Translations under genes and position numbers: made by a program | Notes under the pieces: generated by a model | The model's database searches: none | Told to the model about the DNA's origin: nothing | What the model saw: the letters and a program-made list of their open reading frames with translations, nothing else | IMG/VR virus record: IMGVR_UViG_3300003937_000384 | Location: 1 to 58,345 of that record | From: a virus | Taxonomy: Duplodnaviria; Caudoviricetes | Reading direction: 5' to 3' (one strand) | DNA length: 58,345 nucleotides | Shown here: positions 34,668 to 44,506 of the stretch, piece by piece | How positions within the stretch are numbered: the stretch's first letter is position 1 | Layout: every line of letters starts with the position of its first letter

Positions 34668-35038
34668 TCACCAGGTCGGCGATCAGTGCCTGGTGGGCAG
34701 CCTGGAAGTGGGTGGCCATCCTGGCCGGTCTGCTGGCCATGTCGCTCTGGCTCAACGTCAGGCAGTACGGCGATCGCCGTGAGGCTGCAGCTGCAGCTCG
34801 CGCCGCCACCCTCGAAGACACGCTGGAGGTGACGGCGGGGATCGCACGCCAGGCTCAGACCGACAGCGCCCAGCTGCTGCAGCGGCTCGAGGGGATCGCT
34901 GCACGCGGCGAGCGGACGAGGACCATCTACCGAGCAGCAGCTGCAGCGCAGCCGCTGCCAGCCAACTGCGCCCCGGGTCAGGCCCGGGTCGACGCCATCA
35001 ACCAGGCCCTCGGGCCGACCAGCAGGACCGCGAAGTGA
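34664..35038 (+). CDS. i-spanin (Rz-like)
   Basis: N-terminal TM followed by an Ala-rich helical region. Confidence 0.65.
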   Translation: MITRSAISAWWAAWKWVAILAGLLAMSLWLNVRQYGDRREAAAAARAATLEDTLEVTAGIARQAQTDSAQLLQRLEGIAARGERTRTIYRAAAAAQPLPANCAPGQARVDAINQALGPTSRTAK

Positions 35039-35364
35039 CCCAGAAGCCCTCGATCGGACGGATCGTCCACTACACCCTGAGCGACACCGACGCGCTGCGG
35101 ATCAATGCGCGCCGGACCGACGGTCCGTCCATCCAGGAGCGGCTGCTCGACAGCACCTGGCCAGTAGGTGCACAGGCCCACGTCGGCAACCGGGCAGCCG
35201 CCGGCGACGTGCTGCCCGCCCTGGTCGTGGTGGTCCAGCCGAACGGCCAGGTCAACGCCCAGGTGTTCCTCGACGGCAATGACGTGCTGTGGGTCACCAG
35301 CCGTGACGAGGCCAGTGAGGAATCCGGCAGCCACCCCGGCCGCTGGCACTGGCCGCAGCGCTGA
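35035..35364 (+). CDS. Phage hypothetical protein
   Basis: KPSIGRIVHY..VNAQVFLDG..GRWHWP. Confidence 0.75.
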   Translation: MTQKPSIGRIVHYTLSDTDALRINARRTDGPSIQERLLDSTWPVGAQAHVGNRAAAGDVLPALVVVVQPNGQVNAQVFLDGNDVLWVTSRDEASEESGSHPGRWHWPQR

Positions 35365-35368
35365 CGCC

Positions 35369-35665
35369 ATGAAGCTGCGCCAGGCTCTCCCGATCGCGGC
35401 ACTGATCCTGCTGGTGGGCTGCACGCAGCACCTGCAGCGTGTGCCGGCGCAGTGCGACGCGATGTGCTTCCGCCCGTGCGTCGACGCCGGCGAAGACACC
35501 GGCGTGCGTGTGACGGCCGATCCGGCAGCCGCTGACGCCTGGGACAACATCGGCGGGGACGTGGTCGGCCAGCTGGCCGATAAGCTCCGCACCTGCGACG
35601 TGCGACGGAAGGCCTGCGAGCAGTGCCTGCGCCGGATCGACGCCAAGAACGTAATCCAGCTTTGA
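35369..35665 (+). CDS. Lipoprotein, o-spanin candidate
   Basis: LLVG-C lipobox; Cys-rich. Confidence 0.6.
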   Translation: MKLRQALPIAALILLVGCTQHLQRVPAQCDAMCFRPCVDAGEDTGVRVTADPAAADAWDNIGGDVVGQLADKLRTCDVRRKACEQCLRRIDAKNVIQL

Positions 35666-35694
35666 GCGCCATCCCGACGCCATAGGAGAGCAAC

Positions 35695-35979
35695 ATGCAG
35701 AACCAGCAGGCCAGCACAACCCCACTGGCGGAGCCGCAGACCCCGATCGAATCCGCCGTGAAGGACCTGGCACGGGTTCAGCAGGATGTGCACATCGCGG
35801 TTGAGCAGCTGGCGCGCCGCCTCGCACCGGTACTGGCGGAGACCAAGCCCGACGCTTCTGCCTCCAAGGGGCGCGCCGTCGGCGCATCGCCGCTTCTCGA
35901 AGACCTGTTCCAGCAGCGGGACGCAGCCGCGGCCATCCTGGACGTCGTCAACATGCTGCACGCTCAGCTGACCCTGTGA
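35695..35979 (+). CDS. Phage hypothetical protein
   Basis: AGGAG RBS. Confidence 0.65.
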   Translation: MQNQQASTTPLAEPQTPIESAVKDLARVQQDVHIAVEQLARRLAPVLAETKPDASASKGRAVGASPLLEDLFQQRDAAAAILDVVNMLHAQLTL

Positions 35980-36380
35980 GCCGGACGCCCGCCAGCTTCA
36001 GCCTCACGGTCGTGCGCGGCGCCACCTGGGAGGACGACTTCACCTACACCAACCCGGATGGGAGCCCGTTCGACCTGACCGGCTACCAGGCGCGGATGCA
36101 GGTGCGGACGCTGGCGGGCCAGTTCGGGCTGACCGAGACCGACACCCTGGTCATGGAGCTCAGTACCGCGGCCGGCTCGCTGTTCATCGCCGATCCGTTG
36201 GACGGGGTGGTCTCGATCACCGTGCCAGCGGTGGCCACCGAGGTGCTGAACCCGGCGAACGCGCGCAAGGTGAAGCACTGCTACAGCCTGGAGCTGTTCA
36301 AGCCGGCGGGCGCGGATCCGGAGTACGTGATCCCGCTGGTGGCCGGCAAGGTCACTGTCCAGGGCGAGACGACACGCTGA
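35976..36380 (+). CDS. Virion-associated Ig-like/adaptor protein
   Basis: RGATW..PFDLTGYQARMQVR motif common in fibre-associated phage proteins. Confidence 0.6.
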   Translation: MSRTPASFSLTVVRGATWEDDFTYTNPDGSPFDLTGYQARMQVRTLAGQFGLTETDTLVMELSTAAGSLFIADPLDGVVSITVPAVATEVLNPANARKVKHCYSLELFKPAGADPEYVIPLVAGKVTVQGETTR

Positions 36381-36928
36381 TGCCTGTGATCCGAGCCAGC
36401 GAGGGAGCAGCACGCGTGATCGTGGTTGAGCGCCGCGGCGCCGTCGCCATACGAGATCCGCGCACGCCGGTCGTCACCACAGCCCGACCGACCCAGGTCG
36501 AGGCAATCCAGGCAGACACGCGGACGGTTGAGGTTGCAGCGCGCGGCGCGCAGGGCCCTGCAGGTCCGGCCGGCCGTGATGGAACGTCACCGGAAGCGAC
36601 GTACCCGGTCGGAGAGCCAATCCATGGTCACCGCGTGGTCCGCCTGGACAACGGCAAGGCCTACCACCCAGACACGGCGGTGCTGGAGCACGCGCAGGCC
36701 TGTATCGGCCTCGCGTTGCAGTCGGCGACCACTGGCGACGTCACGGTGCGCCTGGCCGGCACGGTCGAGGAAGGCAGCTGGTCCTGGCTAGGCGGCGCGG
36801 TGTGGTGTGGCCCCGACGGTGCACTGACGCAGAGCCCAAGCGCCTCTGGCTGGCTGCTGTGTGTGGGCCGAGCCCTCAACGCCACCACATTGATGATCGA
36901 CTTCGACACCCCCATCGCACGGATCTGA
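36380..36928 (+). CDS. Virion fibre/decoration protein
   Basis: Short collagen-like GAQGPAGPAG; C-terminus GALT..P..VGRA. Confidence 0.6.
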   Translation: MPVIRASEGAARVIVVERRGAVAIRDPRTPVVTTARPTQVEAIQADTRTVEVAARGAQGPAGPAGRDGTSPEATYPVGEPIHGHRVVRLDNGKAYHPDTAVLEHAQACIGLALQSATTGDVTVRLAGTVEEGSWSWLGGAVWCGPDGALTQSPSASGWLLCVGRALNATTLMIDFDTPIARI

Positions 36929-36932
36929 ACCC

Positions 36933-37457
36933 ATGGCCGACAAGACCCTCCAGCTCAAGCAGAACATCCCCACCGAGGTCGAGGCCACGGTAGTCTCGTC
37001 CGGCGCTTCGAGCGCCGGCAAGATCCCGGCCCTAGGCCCTGATGGCCGGTTTGACCCGAGCACTATGCCCGCTGGCATCGGTGCAGATACGAAGGTGCTT
37101 CCGGCCACCGAGATCCTGGCCGCCGGCGACTTTGTGAACATCTACGTCAATGCCACCACACCCAGCGTGCGCAAAGCGGACGCGAGCGCGGCCAGCGCTG
37201 GCAAGAAGGCTCATGGGTTCGTGCGCGAAGGAGTTGCACAAGGCGCGAATGCGACGGTGTACTTCGAAGGGCCGAACAGCTCCCTCTCCGGACTGACTGC
37301 AGGGCTCACCTATGTGCTGAGCCACACGACCCCCGGCGGCGTCCTGGCGCTGTCGGCGGGCACGGCCACTGCAGGGCACATTCTCCAGGAGGTGGGGGTG
37401 GCCACTGCGGCAGGCGAGATCAATGTTGAGCTCGGCCAGCCGGTGATGCGCGGCTGA
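36933..37457 (+). CDS. Virion fibre/decoration protein
   Basis: GLTAGLTYVLS..PG..QEVGVA; similar to the preceding gene. Confidence 0.6.
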   Translation: MADKTLQLKQNIPTEVEATVVSSGASSAGKIPALGPDGRFDPSTMPAGIGADTKVLPATEILAAGDFVNIYVNATTPSVRKADASAASAGKKAHGFVREGVAQGANATVYFEGPNSSLSGLTAGLTYVLSHTTPGGVLALSAGTATAGHILQEVGVATAAGEINVELGQPVMRG

Positions 37458-37458
37458 T

Positions 37459-37665
37459 ATGGCGGCGCGGCGTCCACTGGTCCTCGATGCGAGCAACCGT
37501 ATCGGGGAATTGCCTGCCGCCGACAGTCTGGTCGGCATGCCGGTTTACTTGCGCATTGGCTTGCGTAATGGCGCAACTGCCTCGCTGCCGCTGTCAACGG
37601 ACTACAGGCTTGCCATCGGTCTGCAGGCCGGCGGCACGGCCACTATCCAGGCGACGCTGACGTGA
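37459..37665 (+). CDS. Small virion-associated protein
   Basis: RRPLVLD..IGEL..DSL resembles the N-terminus of the next gene. Confidence 0.55.
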   Translation: MAARRPLVLDASNRIGELPAADSLVGMPVYLRIGLRNGATASLPLSTDYRLAIGLQAGGTATIQATLT

Positions 37666-38729
37666 CTGTGCGGATCCCGATTATCTTCAATCCCGCAACT
37701 GGCCGCCTGGAAGAACTGGGGTTGGCCGATAGCATTGCTGGAACGGAGATCGAGGGGCTGATGGGGCGTAACCGCTTCATCAACGGGGACATGCGCATCT
37801 GGCAGCGTGGTGTCAGTTTTAGCGCGAGCGGTGCCGTTGGGAAGGTGTTCTGCGCCGATCGGTGGTTCGTGGAGCGAAGTACGAGCACGATGGCAGTCGC
37901 GCGGCAGGACACTACGGTCAGTGACAGGGCCATCATTGGGCCTGTCGCGAACTACATGCGCGTGAGCGTGGCAGCCAGCGCTGGTGCAGGCCACTACGCC
38001 CTGTTGGCGCAAGACGTGGAAGATGTGCTCACGTTCGCTGGACAAACTGTAGTTGTGTCGGGATGGTTCCGTGCGCAGTCCAGCATGAACATCAGCCTGG
38101 AGGCTATCCAAGTCACCAACGGTGGCAGCGGCAACCCTTCCTTCAGCAGTGCCTCACAGCGGGTAACTACCTCATGGCAGTACCTGTCCTTTGTCGTTCC
38201 GATCGCTGCGTTCAATCAGGCAATTATCCCTGGCTCACGACTGCGTCTACGGTTCTGGATGTCAGGCGGATCTGACTGGGCCAGCTCGACCAATGTAGGA
38301 ACGCAGAATGGTTATTTTGACTACGCTCTTGTCCAGACCGAGCAAGGTGTAGTCGCTTCTCCATTTGAACGCCGTCTCGATGCTATCGAAATGCTGATGT
38401 GCCAGCGCTTCTACGAAAAGACTCTCGACGTAGATGTGCTGCCGACCACTTCGAACTACTTCGGTCGCGTTGCATTCGGTTCGCCTGTCATTGGCGGGAA
38501 CATGACGTTCCTATCGGTTCCATTCAAGGTGACAAAGCGCGGTGCACCTGCAGTCACAGTGTGGAGCGCCACGCCAACACCCGCTGCGGGATTTGTTGGC
38601 CAGGACGATGGGTCGACGGTTCCCGTGTCAGTGCAGAATGTGGGTTCCAACGGCGCACAGATCTCGTGGAGCAATACGCCGGGTCGCTGGGGTGGCTTCT
38701 TCCAGATGACCTCAGACGCGGAGTTCTGA
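37662..38729 (+). CDS. Tail fibre / receptor-binding protein
   Basis: RNRFINGDMRIWQRG..DRW..VQTEQG..PFERR..EMLMCQRFYE..DAEF pattern. Confidence 0.75.
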   Translation: MTVRIPIIFNPATGRLEELGLADSIAGTEIEGLMGRNRFINGDMRIWQRGVSFSASGAVGKVFCADRWFVERSTSTMAVARQDTTVSDRAIIGPVANYMRVSVAASAGAGHYALLAQDVEDVLTFAGQTVVVSGWFRAQSSMNISLEAIQVTNGGSGNPSFSSASQRVTTSWQYLSFVVPIAAFNQAIIPGSRLRLRFWMSGGSDWASSTNVGTQNGYFDYALVQTEQGVVASPFERRLDAIEMLMCQRFYEKTLDVDVLPTTSNYFGRVAFGSPVIGGNMTFLSVPFKVTKRGAPAVTVWSATPTPAAGFVGQDDGSTVPVSVQNVGSNGAQISWSNTPGRWGGFFQMTSDAEF

Positions 38730-38730
38730 A

Positions 38731-39210
38731 GTGTTTCAGCTGACCGAGCGCCCCGAGATCATCAAGTGTCTGGAGACTGGCGCTTTCTTCCACACGCTGA
38801 GCGATACCTGGATTGGGCAGGCCTATCGCGACTGGCTCGAAGCTGGCAATACGCCGCAGCCGTGCCCACCTCCATACGAGCTGTACTCCAAAGAGCACTT
38901 TCAAGCGATCCGCGCGGCCGCGTGGGAGTGGATGACGGTAGAGGTGAGGGCGCGCCGCTACGACAACATCGAAACCTGTTGCAGCTACTACAACAGCGGC
39001 GTGGAGCGGTACCGACTGGAGGCTCGGGCGATGGTTGCCTGGCGCGATGCTGTGAATCTGAGACTTGAACAGCTGGTGCTGGCCCCTCCGGCTGGCATTG
39101 AGACCTGGGACCAGGTTTGCCCGCTGCTGCCACAACCCGCCCAGTTCAATTGGCCGTCCAGCGTTGAGCTCCCGCTCGGGGTAGGTGACGGCCCCGCAAT
39201 TCGACTTTGA
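38731..39210 (+). CDS. Tail-fibre-associated chaperone-like protein
   Basis: YRDWLEAGNTP..RRYDNI..SY..EARAMVAWRDAV. Confidence 0.6.
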   Translation: MFQLTERPEIIKCLETGAFFHTLSDTWIGQAYRDWLEAGNTPQPCPPPYELYSKEHFQAIRAAAWEWMTVEVRARRYDNIETCCSYYNSGVERYRLEARAMVAWRDAVNLRLEQLVLAPPAGIETWDQVCPLLPQPAQFNWPSSVELPLGVGDGPAIRL

Positions 39211-39234
39211 TCCAGTCTGAGAGGAACCCAGCCA

Positions 39235-39843
39235 GTGGCCGGAAAGATTGACCCGGCGACGGGCCTGCAGGACCAGCAACGGCGGTTCGCGGACGAGTAC
39301 CTGGTCGACTTCAATGGAACCGCCGCCTACATGCGTGCCGGCTACAAGGCCACCGGCGCAGCAGCTAGCGCCGCGGCCGCGAGGCTGCTGGCCAACACCA
39401 AGGTGCAGGCCTACCTGGCCAGCAGGAAGGAAGAGCTGCTGCTGTCGCAGCGGGTCGACCAGGAAGCGGTGCTGGCCCGGTTGGCGTTCATGGCCCTGGG
39501 TGACATCCGCACCTTGTTCGACCAGCACGGCAACCTGAAGCCGATGAGCGAGCTCACTGTGGAAGAGGCCAGCCTGGTCCAAGGCGTGGAGGTGTTCGAA
39601 GAGTGGGAGGGGCGAGGCGACGAGCGTCGCGCAGTCGGCCTTACCAAGAAGATCAAGCTGGTCAGCCGGCTCGATGCGGTGAAGACCCTGGGCACGCACT
39701 TCGGCATGTTCGCCAAGAAGGTCGAGCACACCGGCAAGAACGGAGGCCCGATCGAGAGCCAGACGCGGATCCTGGGCGATGTGATGGATCTGATCGACGG
39801 TTCTGATACCGGCCCCGGCCCAGCGACGTCGCGGAGCAAGTAG
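39235..39843 (+). CDS. terS: Terminase small subunit
   Basis: QRRFADEYLVDFNGTAAYMRAGY. Confidence 0.9.
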   Translation: MAGKIDPATGLQDQQRRFADEYLVDFNGTAAYMRAGYKATGAAASAAAARLLANTKVQAYLASRKEELLLSQRVDQEAVLARLAFMALGDIRTLFDQHGNLKPMSELTVEEASLVQGVEVFEEWEGRGDERRAVGLTKKIKLVSRLDAVKTLGTHFGMFAKKVEHTGKNGGPIESQTRILGDVMDLIDGSDTGPGPATSRSK

Positions 39844-39846
39844 GCC

Positions 39847-41400
39847 GTGGAGGAACTGAGCGACCAGGACGCCAGCCGAATCATCGAGAAGCTGGGCGAT
39901 CGGTGGTGGCGGCTGAACAACCTGTACTACATCACCGACAAGTTCGGTCGACGGGTGCAGTTCAAGCTGAACGAGGTGCAGGCGGACCTCGATGACAACC
40001 TGCACACGTTGAACCTGGCGCTGAAGTCGCGCCAGCACGGCATCACGACCTGGGCCTGCATCCGCGCCCTGGACATGGCGCTGTTCAAGAAGAACACCAA
40101 GGCAGGTGTGGTCGCCCATACCGCCGGCGATGCCGCCAAGTTCTTCCGCAGCAAGGTGCTGTACGCATACGACAACCTGCCGGACTGGCTGAAGAAGATC
40201 CGGCCGGCGGTCCGGCGCGACATGCGCGACGGCGTCCTGGAACTGGCCAACGGCTCCAGCATCGAGGTGTCGGTTTCCCACCGCGGCGGCACGCTGACCT
40301 TCCTGCACATCTCCGAGTACGGCCCGATGTGCGCCATGTATCCGGAGCGGGCAGGGGAGGTGGCTTCCGGCGCACTGAACGCGATCGCCTCCGGCAACAT
40401 CGTGGTGATCGAGTCGACTGCCTATGGCGCCGCCGGCGACTTCTACGAGCGCTGCCAGACGGCGATCGAGCTGGACCGACAGATCCGCGCCGGCACCGCC
40501 AAGCTGACGGCGATGGATTACCGCTTCCACTTCTATCCGTGGTTCCGGGATCCGATCAACGAGCTCGATCCGGACGGCGTCAAGCTCACGGCCGAGGACG
40601 AGGCCTACTTCGCCAAGGTCGAGGCGGAGATGAACTACATGCTGCGGCCTGAGCAGAAGGCCTGGTACGTCAAGAAGGCGGCCGAGCAGCGCGACAAGAT
40701 GAAGCGGGAGCACCCCAGCACGCCGGAAGAGGCCTTCCAGGCGAGCACTGAAGGTGCGTACTACGGCAAGGAAATGGCCGCCGCCGACAGCAGCGGGCGG
40801 ATCACTGATCTCCCGATCAACCCGCAGGTGCCGATCCACACCTTCTGGGACATCGGGCGCAGCGATGCGACGAGCATCTGGTTCATGCAGGAGAACGGCC
40901 CCTGGCTGGACTTCGTCGACTTCTACGAGAACTCCGGCTTCGGCGTGGCGCACTACGCCAAGGTGCTGAAGGAGCGGGGCTACTTGTACGGCAAGCACTA
41001 CTGGCCGCACGACGGCGCCAATGAGGACTGGTCCGCCAACGAGAACCGAGTGCAGGTCGCCGGCAAGCTGGGGGTCAAGCCTATTGTCGTAGTGCCCCGG
41101 ATCAACGACATCACCGAGGGCATCGACATGGTCCGCAACATGCTGCCGCGCTGCCGGTTTGACAGGATCCGTTGTGGTCCGCCGAAGGCGGGCGAGGGCC
41201 GCGGCGGGCTGGAGGCGCTGCGCCGCTACACCAAGGTCTGGAACGACAAAACGGAGACGTACTCCGACCTCCCATTCCACAACTGGGCCAGCAACCCCTG
41301 CGACGCGATCCGGCAGGCGGCTCAGGGCTACGTCAGCAGCAGCGGCCGCCGTGTCGGCGAGTCGCGCGGCATGGCCAACGACAACTGGAGAACCGCATGA
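39847..41400 (+). CDS. terL: Terminase large subunit
   Basis: LKSRQHGITT, LHISEYG, IESTA, WDIG nuclease motif. Confidence 0.92.
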   Translation: MEELSDQDASRIIEKLGDRWWRLNNLYYITDKFGRRVQFKLNEVQADLDDNLHTLNLALKSRQHGITTWACIRALDMALFKKNTKAGVVAHTAGDAAKFFRSKVLYAYDNLPDWLKKIRPAVRRDMRDGVLELANGSSIEVSVSHRGGTLTFLHISEYGPMCAMYPERAGEVASGALNAIASGNIVVIESTAYGAAGDFYERCQTAIELDRQIRAGTAKLTAMDYRFHFYPWFRDPINELDPDGVKLTAEDEAYFAKVEAEMNYMLRPEQKAWYVKKAAEQRDKMKREHPSTPEEAFQASTEGAYYGKEMAAADSSGRITDLPINPQVPIHTFWDIGRSDATSIWFMQENGPWLDFVDFYENSGFGVAHYAKVLKERGYLYGKHYWPHDGANEDWSANENRVQVAGKLGVKPIVVVPRINDITEGIDMVRNMLPRCRFDRIRCGPPKAGEGRGGLEALRRYTKVWNDKTETYSDLPFHNWASNPCDAIRQAAQGYVSSSGRRVGESRGMANDNWRTA

Positions 41401-41675
41401 ACGTTTCCCCGCGCGAGCGGAATAGGCCCACCACGGTCGAGCTGGTCGACCTGCTGTCGATGCTGGTGGCCGCAGCAGATGAAGGGCAACTGGTAAGCGT
41501 TGCTTTCATGTTGCGATCGCCGGAAGGCGACACGATGGTCGACTACCGTGGCAGCCACGAGCTGAGCGAGCTCACCGCTCGTACCGTCCTGCAGCGCATT
41601 GCCCAGGACATTGCCAACACGCATCCGGCGATCGCCGCGCAGATCCAGGCGGATCTCGGCAGGAAGGCGAACTGA
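41397..41675 (+). CDS. Phage hypothetical protein
   Basis: ATGA coupling. Confidence 0.6.
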   Translation: MNVSPRERNRPTTVELVDLLSMLVAAADEGQLVSVAFMLRSPEGDTMVDYRGSHELSELTARTVLQRIAQDIANTHPAIAAQIQADLGRKAN

Positions 41676-41676
41676 C

Positions 41677-41865
41677 GTGGAAGAGCGTGATGTCGAGCAG
41701 CTGGCCATCCACCTGCAGCAGGCCCGCGCGTATGCGCGGTATCTGCCAGGCGGCGAGAACCACGGCAGCCTGGTCGAGGACCACGTCCTGACACCGGACC
41801 AGGCAGCAGCGGCGGTAGTGGAAGAGCTGAATGCAGCGCTGGAGCTTCTGGGAGCAGAGGCATGA
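41677..41865 (+). CDS. Phage hypothetical protein
   Basis: GTG start; coupled. Confidence 0.55.
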   Translation: MEERDVEQLAIHLQQARAYARYLPGGENHGSLVEDHVLTPDQAAAAVVEELNAALELLGAEA

Positions 41866-42335
41866 GCGCCGAGGTCGAGCTCGCCCCGGATGGCTTCGTG
41901 TGGTGTGGCAAGAAGGGAGATCTCACCCTCTACCTGACCCACATCGTGCGCGATGGCGACGACGACGCGGCTCTCTACATCCGCAACGAGAACCGCCGCG
42001 TCGAGGGAATGAACCCGGTGACTGGCATGATCGCCTACGGCAGCCCGGCTTACGTGGTGCCGTTCCGCGACTTCTGGATCTTCCGGCCGGAAGACAAGGA
42101 CCGCGGTCGGCACCACCACATCGGCGACATGGTCGCCCGCCTGCAGAACGCCTCGGTCGCGCTCTACGGCCTGGACGTGCCGGCCTACCGCCACCGCATC
42201 CACGACGCCATCCTCGAATTCTGCGAGGACGTGAAGAACCTGCGGCCGCCGGCGGAGCAGACCCGGGAGCAGTGGCTCGGCGAGATGGCCCGAATGGGGA
42301 TCCAGATCAAGATCAACGGGCAGAAGGTGAACTGA
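41862..42335 (+). CDS. Phage hypothetical protein
   Basis: Coupled ORF with strong codon bias. Confidence 0.7.
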   Translation: MSAEVELAPDGFVWCGKKGDLTLYLTHIVRDGDDDAALYIRNENRRVEGMNPVTGMIAYGSPAYVVPFRDFWIFRPEDKDRGRHHHIGDMVARLQNASVALYGLDVPAYRHRIHDAILEFCEDVKNLRPPAEQTREQWLGEMARMGIQIKINGQKVN

Positions 42336-44506
42336 TGCAGACGATCGAGAACTTGCGCAGCGAGCCGGCCTACGACCCCGGCGCTGCTGACGTGGCCACC
42401 GCGGCGCCGCCGGACGTGGAAGGCCACCCGCTGGACAGCCTGGAGAATCGCCGCCTCCACGCGAAGCTGCTGGACTACTGGTACACCGCCCTCGATGCGT
42501 TCTACGACAACCGCATCGAGCAGATGCTCGACTACGACTTCTATGACCACATCCAGTGGTCGCAGGAAGACCGCGCTGTCCTGGCAGCCCGGCACCAGGC
42601 GCCGCTGACCTACAACAAGATCAAGATGGCCATCGACTGGGTCATCGGCACGGAGCGACGCACCCGAATCGATGGCGTGGTGCACCCCCGCGCCGAGGAC
42701 GACGTCGACATTGCAGCGGTGAAGTCGGAGCTGATGAAGTACCTCAGCGACACCAACCGCGTGCCCTGGGCGCGAAGCCAGGCCTTCAAGGACGCTGCGA
42801 TCGCCGGGTGCGGCTGGACAGAGGAATCGATCCGGACCGATCGCGCGGACGAGCCGGTGATGGTTGGCCACATTCCCTGGCGGCAGATGCGGCGGGATCC
42901 GGTCAGCCGGGCGCTGGATCTGAGCGACTGTCGCTTCCTGGTGCGGGAGAAGTTTGCCGATCTGGACTATTCCGAGGCGATGTTCCCCGATCGCATCGAG
43001 CTCGTGAACCGGGCGGCCCAGGATCACTACGACGGCGACAACGGCGCCTTCGACGAAGAGCTGGACCTGCCCCAGGTCTTCCGCCGTTACGACAGCCGCG
43101 GCCATACCGTGACCGGCCGGCGCATCACCGGCAGGGCCTCTCTGGATAGCCGGTGTCGCCTGCGAGTCCGTCTGATCGAGTGCTGGTTCAAACGCCCGGT
43201 CGCGCACAAGCGCCTTTGGGGCGGCGAGTTCCGGGGCGATCGCTTCGACCCGAACAACCCCGAGCACCAGGCAGCGTTGGCAGCGATGAAGAGCCAGGCC
43301 GCGCCGGTCTACTCGCTGTCCGATGCCGTGGTTGAGGAAATGTGGTGTGCGATCTTCACCGAGGGCGGCCTGCTGCAGCTCAAACGCAGCCCGTTCCGCC
43401 ACGGGCGGTTCCCCTACACCCCGTACTGGTGCTATCGGCGCAACCGCGATGGCATGGAGTACGGCCTGGTCCGCGGCGTGCGCGACTCGCAGGAAGACCT
43501 GAATAAGCGCATGAGCAAGCTGCTCTGGGCGCTGAGCACCAACCAGCTGTTCTACGAGGAAGGCGCCATCGATGAGGATCGCGTCGACGAAGTGAAGCGC
43601 GAGATCGCCAAGCCCAATGGTGCCATCCCCCTGAAGAATGGCGGTTTGGCTAGGATCAAGGTGGAGCGCAACCTCGATGTGGCCGAGGCTCAGATCAAGC
43701 TGCTGGAGCTGGACGCGGCGCACATCCATGACGGCTCCGGTGTGAATCGCGAACTGCTGGGACGTGAAACCAACGCGGCCAGCGGCCGGGCGATCTTGGC
43801 CAAGCAGCAGGAAGGTGCCGTGAGCACCGCGGAGCTGTTCGACAACTACCGCCTGGGCATCCAGCTCAGCGGCGAAAAGCAGCTGTCGCTCACCGAGCAG
43901 TTCATGACCGAGGAACGGCAGTTCCGCATCGTTGGCGAGCGCAAGGGCCTGGACTGGCGCGTGATCAACCAGCTGCGCCTGGACACGCTCAACAACGTCT
44001 GGGTCGTCGACAACGACATCAGTCGCAACCAGGCCGACTTCATTGTCGACCAGCAGGACTTCCGCGAATCGATGCGTCAGGCCTTCGCCGAGCAGTTCTT
44101 CGACATGCTGGGCAAGCTGCCACCGGAGATGTCCATCCAGCTGCTGGATCTGGCCTTCGACATGATCGACATGCCGGGCAAGGACGAGGTGGTGCAGCGC
44201 ATCCGCAAGATCACCGGCCAGTCGGACAACGACCAGGACGTCGACAGCCCCGAGGCGCAGGCGCGTCAGCAGCAGGAAGCCCAGGACCGCGAGGTCGCCC
44301 TGCGCGAGCGCATGGCCAAAGTCGGACTGGACGAGGCCAAGCGCGAAGAGATCATGGCCAAGGCCAAGGCTTTGCAGATCAAGACCAAGGGTGACGCGCT
44401 CAACGTTGCCGAGCTGATCGAGATCCTGCTCCCCCTCGCTCCGGCGGCCGACCGCCTCCTGAGCACCCAACAGACCCCCGAGGAAACCGCTCATGCAGCA
44501 GCCTGA
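42335..44506 (+). CDS. Portal protein (P22-like)
   Basis: DYDFYDHIQW..PLTYNKI..YGLVRGVRDSQEDLNKRMSK..ASGRAI..Q. Confidence 0.88.
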   Translation: MQTIENLRSEPAYDPGAADVATAAPPDVEGHPLDSLENRRLHAKLLDYWYTALDAFYDNRIEQMLDYDFYDHIQWSQEDRAVLAARHQAPLTYNKIKMAIDWVIGTERRTRIDGVVHPRAEDDVDIAAVKSELMKYLSDTNRVPWARSQAFKDAAIAGCGWTEESIRTDRADEPVMVGHIPWRQMRRDPVSRALDLSDCRFLVREKFADLDYSEAMFPDRIELVNRAAQDHYDGDNGAFDEELDLPQVFRRYDSRGHTVTGRRITGRASLDSRCRLRVRLIECWFKRPVAHKRLWGGEFRGDRFDPNNPEHQAALAAMKSQAAPVYSLSDAVVEEMWCAIFTEGGLLQLKRSPFRHGRFPYTPYWCYRRNRDGMEYGLVRGVRDSQEDLNKRMSKLLWALSTNQLFYEEGAIDEDRVDEVKREIAKPNGAIPLKNGGLARIKVERNLDVAEAQIKLLELDAAHIHDGSGVNRELLGRETNAASGRAILAKQQEGAVSTAELFDNYRLGIQLSGEKQLSLTEQFMTEERQFRIVGERKGLDWRVINQLRLDTLNNVWVVDNDISRNQADFIVDQQDFRESMRQAFAEQFFDMLGKLPPEMSIQLLDLAFDMIDMPGKDEVVQRIRKITGQSDNDQDVDSPEAQARQQQEAQDREVALRERMAKVGLDEAKREEIMAKAKALQIKTKGDALNVAELIEILLPLAPAADRLLSTQQTPEETAHAAA

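Noticed and set aside
37662-39210. Diversity-generating retroelement or invertible fibre switch
   Set aside because: No reverse transcriptase, invertase or template/variable repeat pair found in the window.
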